Of a stretch of DNA of 64,000 bases, positions 14,401-27,907 are shown in pieces. A program made the translations under genes and the position numbers. The stretch's first letter is position 1. Each line of letters opens with the position of its first letter. The notes beneath the pieces are model-generated. The model was given only the letters and a program-made list of their open reading frames with translations. It was not told where the DNA came from and did not search any database. Source of the stretch: Chrysomallon squamiferum (taxonomy: Eukaryota; Animalia; Mollusca); assembly GCA_012295275.1 (NCBI GenBank), contig CM022670.1:38130001-38194000 (forward strand). Direction: 5' to 3'.

Positions 14401-15833
14401 ATTTGTCTTGTTCTGAACAAACGTCTGGAAATAGACCAAACATTAAACCCTGTTCTAAACATTTTGTTCTGTATTTTTACTCTTTGGGTTACATTTCTCA
14501 GACTAACAATTTAGTGTACATTATTTGTTATTATTATTATTATTTATTAGTATTGTTGTTGCTGGCGGTGATGGTGGTGATGATGTTATTCATGTGTTAT
14601 TCCTTATTTTGTATGTTTGTCAAGACTGTGTGTGTTATTGTTAGTGCTTTTAAATTGTCATACTACCTCACAAACAATGGCAGGAATTGTAAAACAATGG
14701 TACTGGCATCCAGGCTCTGTGTACAATCCACAACAGAGAACAACAAAGCATAATGAGTTTTTTTCCCCACAGAGCACCTCGTTATGAGACCTCAGATCGA
14801 CATGGTAACCAAATATGTAAAACAAAACTTGATTCAAGTCTGTGATTAGGACTGGATGTTTCATGTTGATGCAATTAGTTGAGTTGCAATGAAAAGAATT
14901 AATTGTAAGAATCTTTTCAAAATCTGAATCTGTTTTTTCTTTTATTTCTATTTCAGTACATTTTTTTTTTTTTTTATTTTTTTGCGATATTATATATTTT
15001 TTTCATTTTTATAAAATTTTAGTTATGTGTTTCTTTTATATATGTATTTATTTTATTTTATTTATTATTTAAATTTAGTTTATATACTTATATTTGTTTT
15101 CTCTCTCTCACTTTTTTGACAATTTATTATTTGTTTTATTCATAGTTTTATACAAAATTAGAATAAACGTTATTTATCTATAAAAATAAATATTATAATT
15201 CTTGTGTGTATGTATATATATATGTTTGAGAATGTGTGTGTATATGTGGGTGGGTGTGGGTGAGTTTGTGGGTGTGAAAGAGAAAGAGTGACTGGGCTGT
15301 TTGGCATATCTAAATATACACAACCCTCTAAAATCAGTAAAAAAAAAAAAAAAAAAAGCACATCTGAAAAACAGAAACTGAAGAAAACACAAATCAACAT
15401 AATTCATAAAGAATAAAATTTTAAATATTTATTTTTGAATCATCATCATCCTCATCATCTGAAAATTAAAAAAGAAACAAATTTCATTTTTCTCTACACG
15501 TAAAACGATATCCATAATAAATATTACCTTGAAACGTTACAATCAAACGTGATGTATCTACAATAAATATCACCTCGAGATGTTACACTCATTTATCGTG
15601 ATTGTGACTTAAACGTATGACAGTTTGAAACATATGACACATGAATGACTAGGGAAATGCTACAGACTTGACGTGACTATTAATTCAGTCAGATGACCAG
15701 GCCTTGAGAAATATCGGATCCCTGGAGAGTTTGCTTGTCATGACTCCAATATCCTGAACTCTCATGGCGCCTGATGTCCACTGAAACGTTGTGTATTAAA
15801 TCAACATAAGCCCAAGTCACCAATTTCCTGCAA

Positions 15834-15877
<44 letters not shown>

Positions 15878-18800
15878 ACACACACTGCTTGCTAGCAGGA
15901 GAAAGTCCACCTTCACCAATTATCCAGGCTCGGAATAATGGTTAAATTGATTTCAGTTCAAATGACAGATGTCATTCATTCACACCGTGTCAACAGTGTA
16001 CGAGAAAAATAATTAGGAGAGTCGCAAATAATATGAGAAAGAAAAAAAAATGATAATAATAATAATAATAGTGATGATTAGTTAGTTGAGCATTCGATAG
16101 TAAGCCTGGTGATGTTAGGTATCATTATTTTAACAACTTCATTGATCCTCAGTTGTGGTTAGGTGAAAGGATCTTTGTGTTTACCTTTAACATACTTTGC
16201 TTTTGTTTAACATTAATTTGTTTAAATACAGGCAGTATACATTTTGATACTAGATTTTAACTTTCAAATGGCAAGATATCTGCTGTGTTGTCTCTCAGTA
16301 TTTGTTCACTATTTTTTTTATCACAAATATTAAATGAAAAATATAATAAAAATATTTACCTTACATCCATGAACATTATTAATTCATAGCTGAACTCATG
16401 TACAGAATGGATATTGTGAATAACAGATAAAACAAATAATGGTTCAGAAATTTAAAAAGAGAAAACTATTCTGGAAGAACATTGCTAGACAAAAGACAAG
16501 CTTACTAAATGGGATCATTGGCTGATCTAAGGTATGGCAGGTCCACAACTGGTACCCTGGGTGCTACTCAAACTGGGGTTCCTCTGAGCAGCTTCTTTAA
16601 ACTGATCTGTCAAAGTTTGGACAAGGGCACAGTTTACATGCTTGCCATTTTTGCTTGTTATTTTCCATAGACACACTGAATGGGAAATTGTTTGGGAACA
16701 TCTTGGAATACTAGACAATGCAATTATCTTTTTATATATATTATATGGAATTCCATCAGTGTTCAAGTATGACTTTCATGGGCACATCATCTGACTTCTC
16801 CAGCTGTTTCTGTTCAAGAGTTAAAATCTGACTTTGTGGATGTTGATGTAGATTATTTTTCATAATATTATGCTTACATCAAAAAGAAGGGAAGTTAAAC
16901 TAAGACTGTACAGACTGAGCAGAAGAATGTGGACAATGATATCGCCCTTTCTGAATAGTCTGTTCACAGAAACAGGTAATTGCATGATAAAACAGTAACT
17001 GCTCTGTACAAACATGTTGTTTTAAACTCTGGATAGTCATCTGTTATCTTCATTGTTGTCTTAGAAACTAGTATCAGGATTCCATCCCACAAACTGATAA
17101 TATCGACTGCAAATGGATTAACCAATGTACTGATAAAAACAAAAAAATTGTATCTTATTTAGTTTTCTGCCCAACATGGCATTTTGCTAACAGTTCTCTA
17201 TGAACTCTTATCAGTATTGCAAACAAATAGTGTGCTGTGAAGAGATAAGCAATTAGAAGCCAAGCAGGAACTCTGCTGTTACACTGTTTTCTTTATCTCT
17301 GTCAATGAATTGATGATTCTGACGTAAAGCAGAAGCTCTGATTCCCTCTAATGAATACCAATCGTTCAGTGGTTTTGGTTTTGAGGATGTGAAATGCAAA
17401 TTGGTGATTCTTTACATTAACTACCAATTTATTTTATTTTTACAGTCTATTAGTGTTCAGTTTTTAAACATTCCTGAAATAAAAAGTGGAAAGCTTAAAG
17501 TAATCAGTGTTGGAGATCTTATTTAACAAGCTGATGAGTTTAACATGAACCATTCACAGAGGGCAATATAGATTTCGCATTTATTGACTGAGTAGAGTAA
17601 TAATATTTGTCAAAGAAAACGAAAATCTGCTTTAAACTACTTTCTCATCAACTACTATTCAGTACTAAATCTGGCTCTTTATTATTATTATTTTTTATAT
17701 TATTATTTTTTTTATTATAATTTTTTTTTAACACAGTCTTGAATATAACAGGAAAAAAAACACACAAAAAAAAATCAGATGCCAGTGCCAATTTTTTTTC
17801 TCAACATATATTTTTTTTTTCTTCTTAAAATATGTATCACTGATTTCCCTACAGACTCTTACATGCTATGGTTTGTGACATACTAGTTGCTACACCGAGC
17901 ATGTAATGTGAAAACCAACACGCCTGCTGATAGATGATGATCCTACACATGCTTCAGAGACCAGTCTAAATATACATACTTCAGAGACCCGTCTAAATAT
18001 ACATGCTTCAACTTATACAGAAATCCCAGGTGCTGCTCACTGCAACCTGGCAGTGAGTATTACTGCTTCTTCAATAAACGTTTCACTGAGTGAGAAGAGC
18101 TGGTTTCACTGAGTGAATATTTAATGAGGTTACAAGATAATTGATCAGTGTTGTGGCCTCTTCCAGCCAGCCAGCTGTGTTGTTGTTGCGTTGTTCTGCA
18201 GAATTAATACGATATTGTATTCCAGTGTCAGGCACGGGTTGATCTGCTAATTAAATAAAAATGTCTGTAAATCTGTGCTGACCTGGCCCAAGTGTTTTGC
18301 TCCTGGTCCTCACTACAAACACAAAATGTTTTGATGTTGTCGTACAAATTATGAGATGCCAAAATGATGTATCTGTGATGATTACTGAGTGAAGAACTGT
18401 GCTTGTTTCACAAACAAACTTTGTGATATTTTGAAGTTAATTGTTGCAAAAAGTGAATCATGTATTTCTTTCTCCTCTTTTTTTTTTTTTTTTAGGTTTT
18501 TTAAAATTACTGAGATATGAGAGAGAAAACCTGTTGCCATCAAACCATGATCTCTTTTCAAATAGTAGCAATAAGAAATTTTTATGTATACCATCCCATT
18601 GACTGGAAAGCCTGTCATAGCCTGTGATAAACCAGTCAGAGAGTATTAACTGGTATAGAGAAATGGGAGAAAGGGAATTTTTTTACATTCTCTGTTGTAT
18701 TTTTCCTTTTTTTCTATAAGCAGCAAAATATTTTTTTATTTAAAAATATCAGTAGACATGAAAGCACGTACCACCACTTTTGATAAACTTTTCAGCCACA

Positions 18801-21249
18801 AAACAGCCCAAAAGGAAATAATAAAAATGACTGCTCTACCACCAATCTACAGCTAAATGTATCCCTCAGGCAAAAACTCTGCCAGCAAAACTGCAGCCTT
18901 TATCTTGAAGTATACTGTATAATTTTTATGTCAAATATTTATTAGGGAAGCTGTGATCAATTTGTGTAAAAAAAAACTAAAAAAAAAAAAAAAAAAAAAA
19001 ACTCGTTCATTGATAAGTGAGTTATAATGAATCAGATGTTACACAGATACATAAAACATCATTAGTTTACAGTCCCATGGAATGTGGAATAAAATGTGAT
19101 TTATTGTCCTTTGTGTACCAGAGAATTCGAGTGCTGCGTAATAGTTTTACGATGAGTTGATTTACTGTCTAAACAAGTGAGATAACAGTTTGTTTACTGT
19201 TATAGGAAAACAGAGATATCAAAGATCTCGTTTGAGACAAATATATCTATATATTATTATAAAAAAAAAATTTAATTAATTTTTTTTATTTTTTTTTTTA
19301 TTATTATCATCATTATTTTACAAATATTGTGCTTCTTTTAAAATATAATAAGCCTGTTTTTGTTTCCAGTTTAAAAAAAGTAGTTTTGCTTATAAGCTTT
19401 TTATTTTATTTTATTTCTATTTAATTTCTATTATTACTAATAAAACCACTCTTGATTGTTGAAAATAAACTGTCTGAATTGTTTGCATGGAGATACTTTC
19501 TCGTGAAATAGTTATATTAAATTAATATATATATATATTTTTTTTATTGCCTTAGCAGTAACATTCTCTATGAACAATCATGCATCAATGCATACTGTTA
19601 ACATGAAATGGTACATATATTTCTTTTCTTTCACACTGATAACATTCTGAATAAACCAGAATACGTATCCTTCTATTATTATTTGAAATGTCTCTATTAA
19701 ATACACATATTTTACTTTATATTCCACACCAGTAGTATTCTATATAAAAAACAACAACTGTTGTACATCTTCTGCTCCTGTTCACAATGAAATTCACTTT
19801 GTCCGTTTCATTTACTTTTATTTCTCTGTTTTTCATTTCACTGTGACTCTGCAGTCCAGTTAATTGCACAGAACTAAACTTGGACAGGAATCCATAATGA
19901 ACAAAAGAAGCGGAGTTTTATCTATCAATTAGCAGCACCGTATATTCTGAATCCACACACACACACACACACACACAGTGCATGTACAGGACAGTGTAAA
20001 GTGTGAGTCAGATAAACTGTTGTGTGTATCAGCTTTACTGGGGCTTTGGTAAGTCACACGTTATCATTAGGAAAAGATGCTTTTACCAGCTGAAGGTTTA
20101 AGGATGTCTGGGAACCCAGTTCTGAATTCTGAGTTGAACAGTGTTAGTGTTAGTAAGCCAGAGTTTTAGAAAGAACAAAAATATATTTTTTGTCCTGCAC
20201 TTCATCAAGATGGGGCTGTAGATCAGAAAATATGCTCAGGTCTGGTGCTGTAGGATAAGTCCTCCTCCAGGAATTCATGGAGTCACTTTCAATCTCTGAC
20301 AAATCTCCATGACTTGTTTATCAAAGTCTGTTGTGTGTGGTTTTTATTCTGTGAGAAGATGTTGATAAAAGATGAAGATGCTAATCAAAAAAATAATAAA
20401 AAGTCATAAGACAGCTACCAGTTGTGATATCATTTAGCCATCGATTAAAAATGTGTTGTGTTAAATAAAACACTCTTTTCTTTCATTACATTTCCTGTGT
20501 TAGAGGACCCTGGGATTTGGTTCACAAAACCTGCCTGTCTGAAGGTTGATAAATTAATTACTTCATCACAAAAGTTTGAACATATTTATAAATGGGTCTA
20601 AGTCTTTTCTATAAGACTTGAATGTAGTACCAATGAAAACTTGAAAACTTTTTAAATTGATCAAAGTATTTTCTGAAAGACCTCAATGTAGGTAGGACCC
20701 CTGACAACTTGAAAACTTTTCAAACTGATTAAAGTATTTTACTGTAACACCAGAATATAGCACCAATGAAAACTTTTCAAACTAAGTCTTTTCAATAAGA
20801 TCAGAAAGCAGGTAGGACCACAAAAAAAAACAACATTTTTCATCAAAAAAGCCAAACATTCTGTGGTAAATCCAATTATCGAGCACATTACTGATTCTGG
20901 TGGAGATTCTGTAAAGAGTTAATTTGGGAATGTGTAATTAAAACGTCTCTCTAATGTTACACCTACTTCTGATATTTTAGATCATCTCTGTGTTGTTAGG
21001 TACGTTTTAATTATTTTGACAGAGGTTGGGCTGAGCTAACTGAAACGTTTCTCTAATTTCAGAACATTCTGTCTACGTCTGTCTCAGACAGACCTCACTA
21101 ATTGACCACATGCCTAAAATATCTTGTTCAGACATGCAGAATGAAATTGAGTAAGGTTTCTTTTTAGAATGGTTCTCTACTTTTTTTTTTTTTTTTTCCT
21201 GTCTCACTCACTCATTCTCTCTCTCTCTCTCTCTTTCTTTGTTACTCTC

Positions 21250-21307
<58 letters not shown>

Positions 21308-21481
21308 ACTCTGACTCTCCCTCCCTCCATTTGTGATTGTGACTGTCTCTCTCTCTATTTTTTCTCACCATGATTTCTCTCTCTCTCTTGTATATTATTC
21401 ATCTAAATAACTATAATTCTGATGCCCATTTTATTTCACATTCTACCCAAGAAACAAAATATATGTATGAATGTATGTATG

Positions 21482-21512
<31 letters not shown>

Positions 21513-21916
21513 TTTAGGATTTTGATTATTCTCTGTCATATGTTTGTCTGATTAGACTCTACACACAGACAATATTCAGGAATGCACTGGCGCAGGAGGA
21601 CAAAGTCCAATCATGACCTCATAAACCTGTCAGATGCCTCTGACGAGACTTGAACAAATGGCACCCATTCACCCCACTCTGATGTTACTGTTCAGTCTTC
21701 CAAGACAACCCTGTGTGTGTGTGTGTGTGTGTGAAATATAATTTATTCTGATATGTCGTTTTGTATGTATCTGATACATGTAAACCTGATTGCTGTTGTT
21801 AAATCAGAAGATAAGTATGTGTTAGAAACATGATTATGTAACAACTGTCACAAAATGACAGTGAAAACTGCAAAAGAATAAGAAAGAAAAACAGTAGTAA
21901 CAACAACAACAATTGC

Positions 21917-21962
<46 letters not shown>

Positions 21963-22126
21963 ATTATTATTATTACTGCTATTATTATTATTACAACAAC
22001 AATTATGACCATGATGACTATGATAATAATAATAGGGAGATAATGATGGAAACCAAAACACAAGTATTAACAATAAACAAATATTAAAAATATAACATTA
22101 CGTGCTGGTAACCCAACCTTACATAC

Positions 22127-22300
22127 CTGAATGTCGAAAGAAAAGCTAATCCGTGAAGTGAAAAAAAAAAACCCAGGCGACAGAACGTGTGGAGACAAAG
22201 TCTCTCTTGATGCTGCATCTGATGACAGTTAATTCATAATGATTTATACCCCAGTCAGAAGAGAGAAATGATTTGTAGGCTGGATGACAGTCGTAATGCC
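22127..22300 (-). other. Candidate alternative 5' non-coding exon of neurocalcin
   Basis: Consensus donor ATTCAG|GTATGT (exon end 22127) at the edge of a short CpG-containing stretch; 5' boundary unknown. Confidence 0.33.
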
Positions 22301-22462
22301 AGACAATGAGTGCTGTTTAGCCATTGTGTGACAGCCAGCCTCACTCTCATTCAAAAACCATCAGAGATTGAAATATTTTTATCTCAATCAGAGCTCAGAC
22401 TAATTCCATAAAATATTTTTTGGTGTTTTTTTTGTTTTGAGCCTGTGTCACACACACGCACG

Positions 22463-22499
<37 letters not shown>

Positions 22500-23309
22500 A
22501 TGCACTCATGCTCACATACAAACACACAAACAAATGCACATGCATGCATAAACACAGCCACATAGACACACTGACTTAGTAACCTGTGTCATTTGGAACT
22601 GTTAAGATCACAACAAAAACAAAATCAAGGCTGGATGAATATTTTATAAATGGAAAAATGTAACAGGCTTCGTTGTGTTTGTGTGCCTTAGTAACCTCTC
22701 CCTTTCAGAACATTTACGATAATGCCCTCAAGACACCAACAAAAAAATAATCTGGTAAATTGATAACTCTGAAGTGTAATGGTTTTAATGGATACAATTC
22801 AACGTAAGATTGGCAAATACTTCTGACAGCTAAAAATATTATATTATTATTTTCTCAAATGATATTTTTTTATGATTTTATGAAAAAAAAAAATTATGCT
22901 GTTTATAATAATTATCAAAGTCATTAGTATGTATGGAAGAGAGGAACACAGTAAAAAAAAAAAAAAATTTGTCTTGTTAGTAGAATCTGTATGTTAAAAT
23001 TAAAAAAACCCAATAGCAGTGAAAAGATATCATATTAATAAGTTTTAATGATACTGGAATATTCAGTCTGTTAAATGAGTGACAAACTCAGCTGCAGTGA
23101 CTGACTCAGTGTCACTAACATGTATGAGAAGAATAATTAAAATTGTTTTTTCATTCTGGAAGAAAACGTACACTTCATTATTAAAAAGAAAAAAAATTAA
23201 GCAAGCTAAAACACAAGAGTTTTTGATAATCATTTTGAAGACACATTCATGTGTATGTGTGTGTGTGTATGTCAGTGTGTTGTGTTTTTGTTTGTGTATG
23301 TGTGTTGTA

Positions 23310-23341
<32 letters not shown>

Positions 23342-23576
23342 TGTTGTATGTGTGTGTTTGTGTATGGGTATATGTGTGTTGTGTTGTTTGTGTGTGTGCA
23401 TGATTCTACTTCCAAACAACCAAGCTCAAGTGACAGACTACAAATTCTGCAGAACATAAATTCTTTATAAACCGTCCCAAATTTACTAAACTTTACTCTG
23501 TTCTAACACAAATAAACCTTAATAGACTTGTTCAGTTAACATTTCATTTCATTTCCTCTTATTAAACACCTCTGAA

Positions 23577-23646
<70 letters not shown>

Positions 23647-24025
23647 TCCTCGACATCATGGCCCTGAAGGCAGATGCACCTGTTGATTATGATGGTGATG
23701 ATCCAAACATGTTCTTCTGCAGTGCAAACATGCTTTTCTCTTTGCCTTGTGATTGTTTGTCTGTCTGGCCATGAGCTTTAGTCTCTTTCTACAGTTGTTG
23801 AGAACTCCTTGCCACTGGGCACCAAAAATTCCATCAATGATTGGTGCGAGGGGGATAACCCTCTGTAGCAGTTTGAACCGTGTGACATGTCTTGTTCTTT
23901 TCCTGAATGCCAATTAATCCCATCATCCCTAGAGATATCATTACAGACTTTCTCAAGATCCGATTGGAAAAGATTTCAATTGGAAAGATTTGATGTTCCT
24001 CCAGAGATTACAGAAATTTCAAAAT

Positions 24026-24061
<36 letters not shown>

Positions 24062-25630
24062 TTAGAAATTAAAGAAAGAATTGTTGGTAATCTTTTTAAG
24101 AGAGCATAATATTTGAATATTTAAAGGATTCAGTGTGTTAACAGAAGTAGAGAAATGTACAGACACAGATGTAGACAAACAGAGAAATGGGCAGGTAGAC
24201 AGACAGACAGACAAACATACATACATGCTTACAGATAGACAGACTGATGGATAGAGAGATAAAATGAAGTAGAAGATAAAGAAATAAAACATAAATATAA
24301 AAAAAAAAAATTTCTGATGAAACTGCAAAAATATTGTATAATACAGAGTTGCACTGAATATGAACCATTTCACAACAAAATCAGCAAATTTTACTTAAAT
24401 TACTTAAGCTTTTCTGTCATCTTTCTAACATTTACTTCTTGTATTATTTCTTTGTTTACTTAAACCTGTGCCACTGCTTACAAACAGTGAGAGCTGGTTT
24501 AAAGTCAATTATGAAAAGCACACACAACATTATTTTACCTTATTCCCTGAAGTATTCATCAGTACGTTTTTAAATGAAAATGTTCAGGTGATGTTATGTT
24601 GAAGACATTATGTCAAATCACAGGTGTGTGTGTACCTAACTGAACATACAGGACTGACAAATTGAAAAATAACAGACACATTGTCCTTGCCTCTAAATAC
24701 ATTTTATAGTTTAGAAATGGAAGATAAGCAAATGTGTTCTGCAAGCCTTATTTGTTCAGTGGTAATGGAAAAGAAGTAGAAGGAATAATAATAGTAAGGA
24801 GTAAAAGTAGTAATAGTAATAAATAATAAAAGTAGTAGTAGTAGCAGAAGGGAATAATAGTAGTAGTAGTAATAGTAGTAATAGATGTAGTAGCAGAAGT
24901 AGAAGGAATAGTAGTAGTAGTAGAAGAAGTAGAAAGAATGATAAGATAATAACCTCAAGACCCATTAGTACTGAGATCAAAGCCTGGTATTGTCTTCTAT
25001 GGATTATTTCCTATCTAATATTAACAGAGAAAATGTAGTTACCTCTATGGCATAACAAGAAAATGGATGCTATTTCCTATGTAGTTTTAACAGGAAAATG
25101 GATACAGTCTCATGTGTTCTGTTAACAGAAAATGGATACTATTTCCTATACAGTGTTAGCAGGAAAGGGACACTATATCCTATGTGTGGTGTTAACAGGA
25201 AAATGGATGATGTCTCCTCTGTTGTGTTGACAAGAAAAATGAAACTTTCTCATATATAATATTAATTTACAGATATTGCTAGTAAGATGGATGATACATA
25301 CTGGTCTTGCAATGGTGACAGGAAACTGCATAATGCCTCCTGCAATAAACTGTTAATAGACAAATAATCTCTCATTAATCCACCCAATCATTAACCTTGT
25401 CTTGGTCAAACACCTCTAATGGATTATGTGATCAGGACAGCTGTGTTTTCTGACACAGACAGGTTCTGACTAGAATATCGAAGTCTGTGAAGACTACTTC
25501 TTGTCTTCATACACTTTAGAAATATCAAATACAGGCTCAGCAGTCACTGTTTTAGTAAAAGATTTTAATTTTTTATTTTAATCTATTATTATTATCATTA
25601 ATGTTATTATTATTATTGTTGTTGTTGTTG

Positions 25631-25697
<67 letters not shown>

Positions 25698-26144
25698 GAT
25701 ATTATTTTTTATTATTATTATTATAATTATCATTGCTATTTTATTGTTGTTATTATTATTATTACTGTTGTTGTTGTTGTTGTTATTATCATTAATAAAA
25801 AAAAATGAACCATTTATTAAACATTATTTTGACAGTCCCAATTACTCCTTGTATCATTGTTTTATAAATTACCGATGTAGACTGATGTATATACACAACT
25901 GATATTGATCTTTAGTTTGTTACAAACTTATAAATGTCACAGCATTTTAATGTAGATCATTAAGCTATCCACAGTTTTTTTTTCTTGTCTTAATCACACA
26001 AGACTAAAAAAACAACTCTAGCCATTACTTCATAATCTGTTGTAGCAAGGAATCTTTTTTACTTATATTTTACAAGATATGGCTTAAGCCAGTGTGCTTC
26101 TTTGACATCCAAATATTTGTTTGTGATGGTGAGTTGGTTGATTT

Positions 26145-26390
26145 TGTTTCGACTTGGTAAGCTTAAATATTTGACTGACATGGTAAGTTAAAGCATTTGT
26201 TTGACTTAGCAAGTTAAAGTATTTGTTTGACTTAGCAAGTTAAAGTATTTGTTTGACTTAGCAAGTTAAAGCATTTGTTTGACTTAGCAAGTTAAAGTAT
26301 TTGTTTGACAGGACAACCCAATATTTGATTGGCATGATAACTCTTATTTGTTTTACTTGGTAAGCCAAAGCACTTGTATGTCATGGCTCA
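26145..26390. repeat. 26-bp minisatellite (TTTGTTTGACTTAGCAAGTTAAAG[C/T]A), 4 near-perfect copies plus degenerate flanks
   Basis: TGACTTAGCA at 26202, 26228, 26254 and 26280 (26-bp period). Confidence 0.9.
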
Positions 26391-26789
26391 TTCTAAGGCA
26401 ATTGCTGAACATTTTATCGAGCCCTGATTGGAACAGGAAAAGATCCGTGGAACCACCAAGTACCACCACCGATCCTTTGACTTATCACACTTAAGGTCAG
26501 TGGTGGTCAGACACACTGATACTGCTATCAAGGAAGGTGGACACAACTTGGCAGTCTGTGCTGACCAATAAACGAAACCCTGCTTGCTGATTAATTATAG
26601 AAACACAGTTTGATTACTCTCTGTTGACTGCACTGAAAGCATGCTCAAAATTAACAACAGACGTAAAAACAAATGAAGCAAATGTTTATTGCGGTTGATA
26701 CTGCATCCTTTGTTTTGAATGATGTTGTTTCGGTTGCTGTTGTTGCCGTCATTGTTGTTAAATCCAAATTGTAATTAGAGATGTTGTTC

Positions 26790-27505
26790 TAATGGAAGTA
26801 GTGGTTGCAGTAGTAGAAACACTGATGGTTTGTACTAGCAGTGATATGTTAATAGTAGTATTAGTTCTGGTGCTAGTAGTAGTAGTAACTGTAGTAGTAG
26901 TAGCAGCAGCATAATAGAAATAGTTGTAGATGTAGCAGTAGTAGTAATAGTAATAGCAGTAGCAGTAATATCAGTAATAGAAGTAGTAATAGTAGTAGTA
27001 GTAAAAGTAGCAAAAGTAGTAGCAGTAGTAGTAGTAATAGTAGATATGGTTTTAGTATCACTGTTGGTAGTAGTAGTAATATTAATAGTAGTAGTAGCAG
27101 CAGCAGAAGAAGTAATAGGAATAATAATAGTAGTAGTAGTAGCTGAAGGAATAATAGTAATAATAGTAGTAGAGCAGAAGGAATAATAGCAGTAATAGTA
27201 GTAGCAGTAGTAGTAGTAGTAGTAGAAAGAATAATACTTATATTAGTAGTAGTAGTAGTAAGAATAATACTTATATTAGTAGCAGTAGTAGAAAGAATAA
27301 TAGTTGTAGTAGTAGTAGCAGTAGTAGAAAGAATAATAGTTGTAGTAGTAGTAGCAGAAAGAATAATAGTTGTAGTAGTAGTAGCAGAAGTAGAAAGAAT
27401 AATACTTATATTAGTAGCTGTAGTCGAAAGAATAATAGTAGCAGTAGTAGTAGTAGTAGCAGAAGTAGAAAGAAGTAATAGTAGTTGTTGTTGTAGTAAT
27501 AATAA
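26790..27505. repeat. Compound (TAG/TAA/CAG)n trinucleotide region with a higher-order GAAAGAATAATA unit
   Basis: Direct reading; source of poly-L and poly-Y pseudo-ORFs. Confidence 0.9.
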
Positions 27506-27865
27506 GCACTAATCCACATTCTCAGATAAACAAGACTTTAAAACTGTATTAACCTGATCATATAAGAAAGACACACACGTCTGTTTTTCAAGGTGAAGGA
27601 GCTGACATGTGATTTCATATACATGAAATAGAGTTGTTCTGTTAATCCTCAGCATGTTTTGATCCATGTTTTGATCCTCCTTTAATCCGGGTTTAAGTCT
27701 AGCAGTTAAGAACCCACCGCATAAAATGGTTTGGTGTGTACATTAATCATGTTTACAGGTTGACATTCTGTTTCACCAACCTTGACACCTTCCCCTGCAG
27801 AAATACATTTATGTGTAATGAATGACGTATTTGAAATAATAATAATAATAATAATAATAATAAAC

Positions 27866-27907
<42 letters not shown>

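Noticed and set aside
14301-14753. 150-aa + strand ORF with a hydrophobic stretch
   Set aside because: GTG start, AT-rich low-complexity codons, hydrophobic part derived from TTA/GTT/GAT repeats, and no domain motif.
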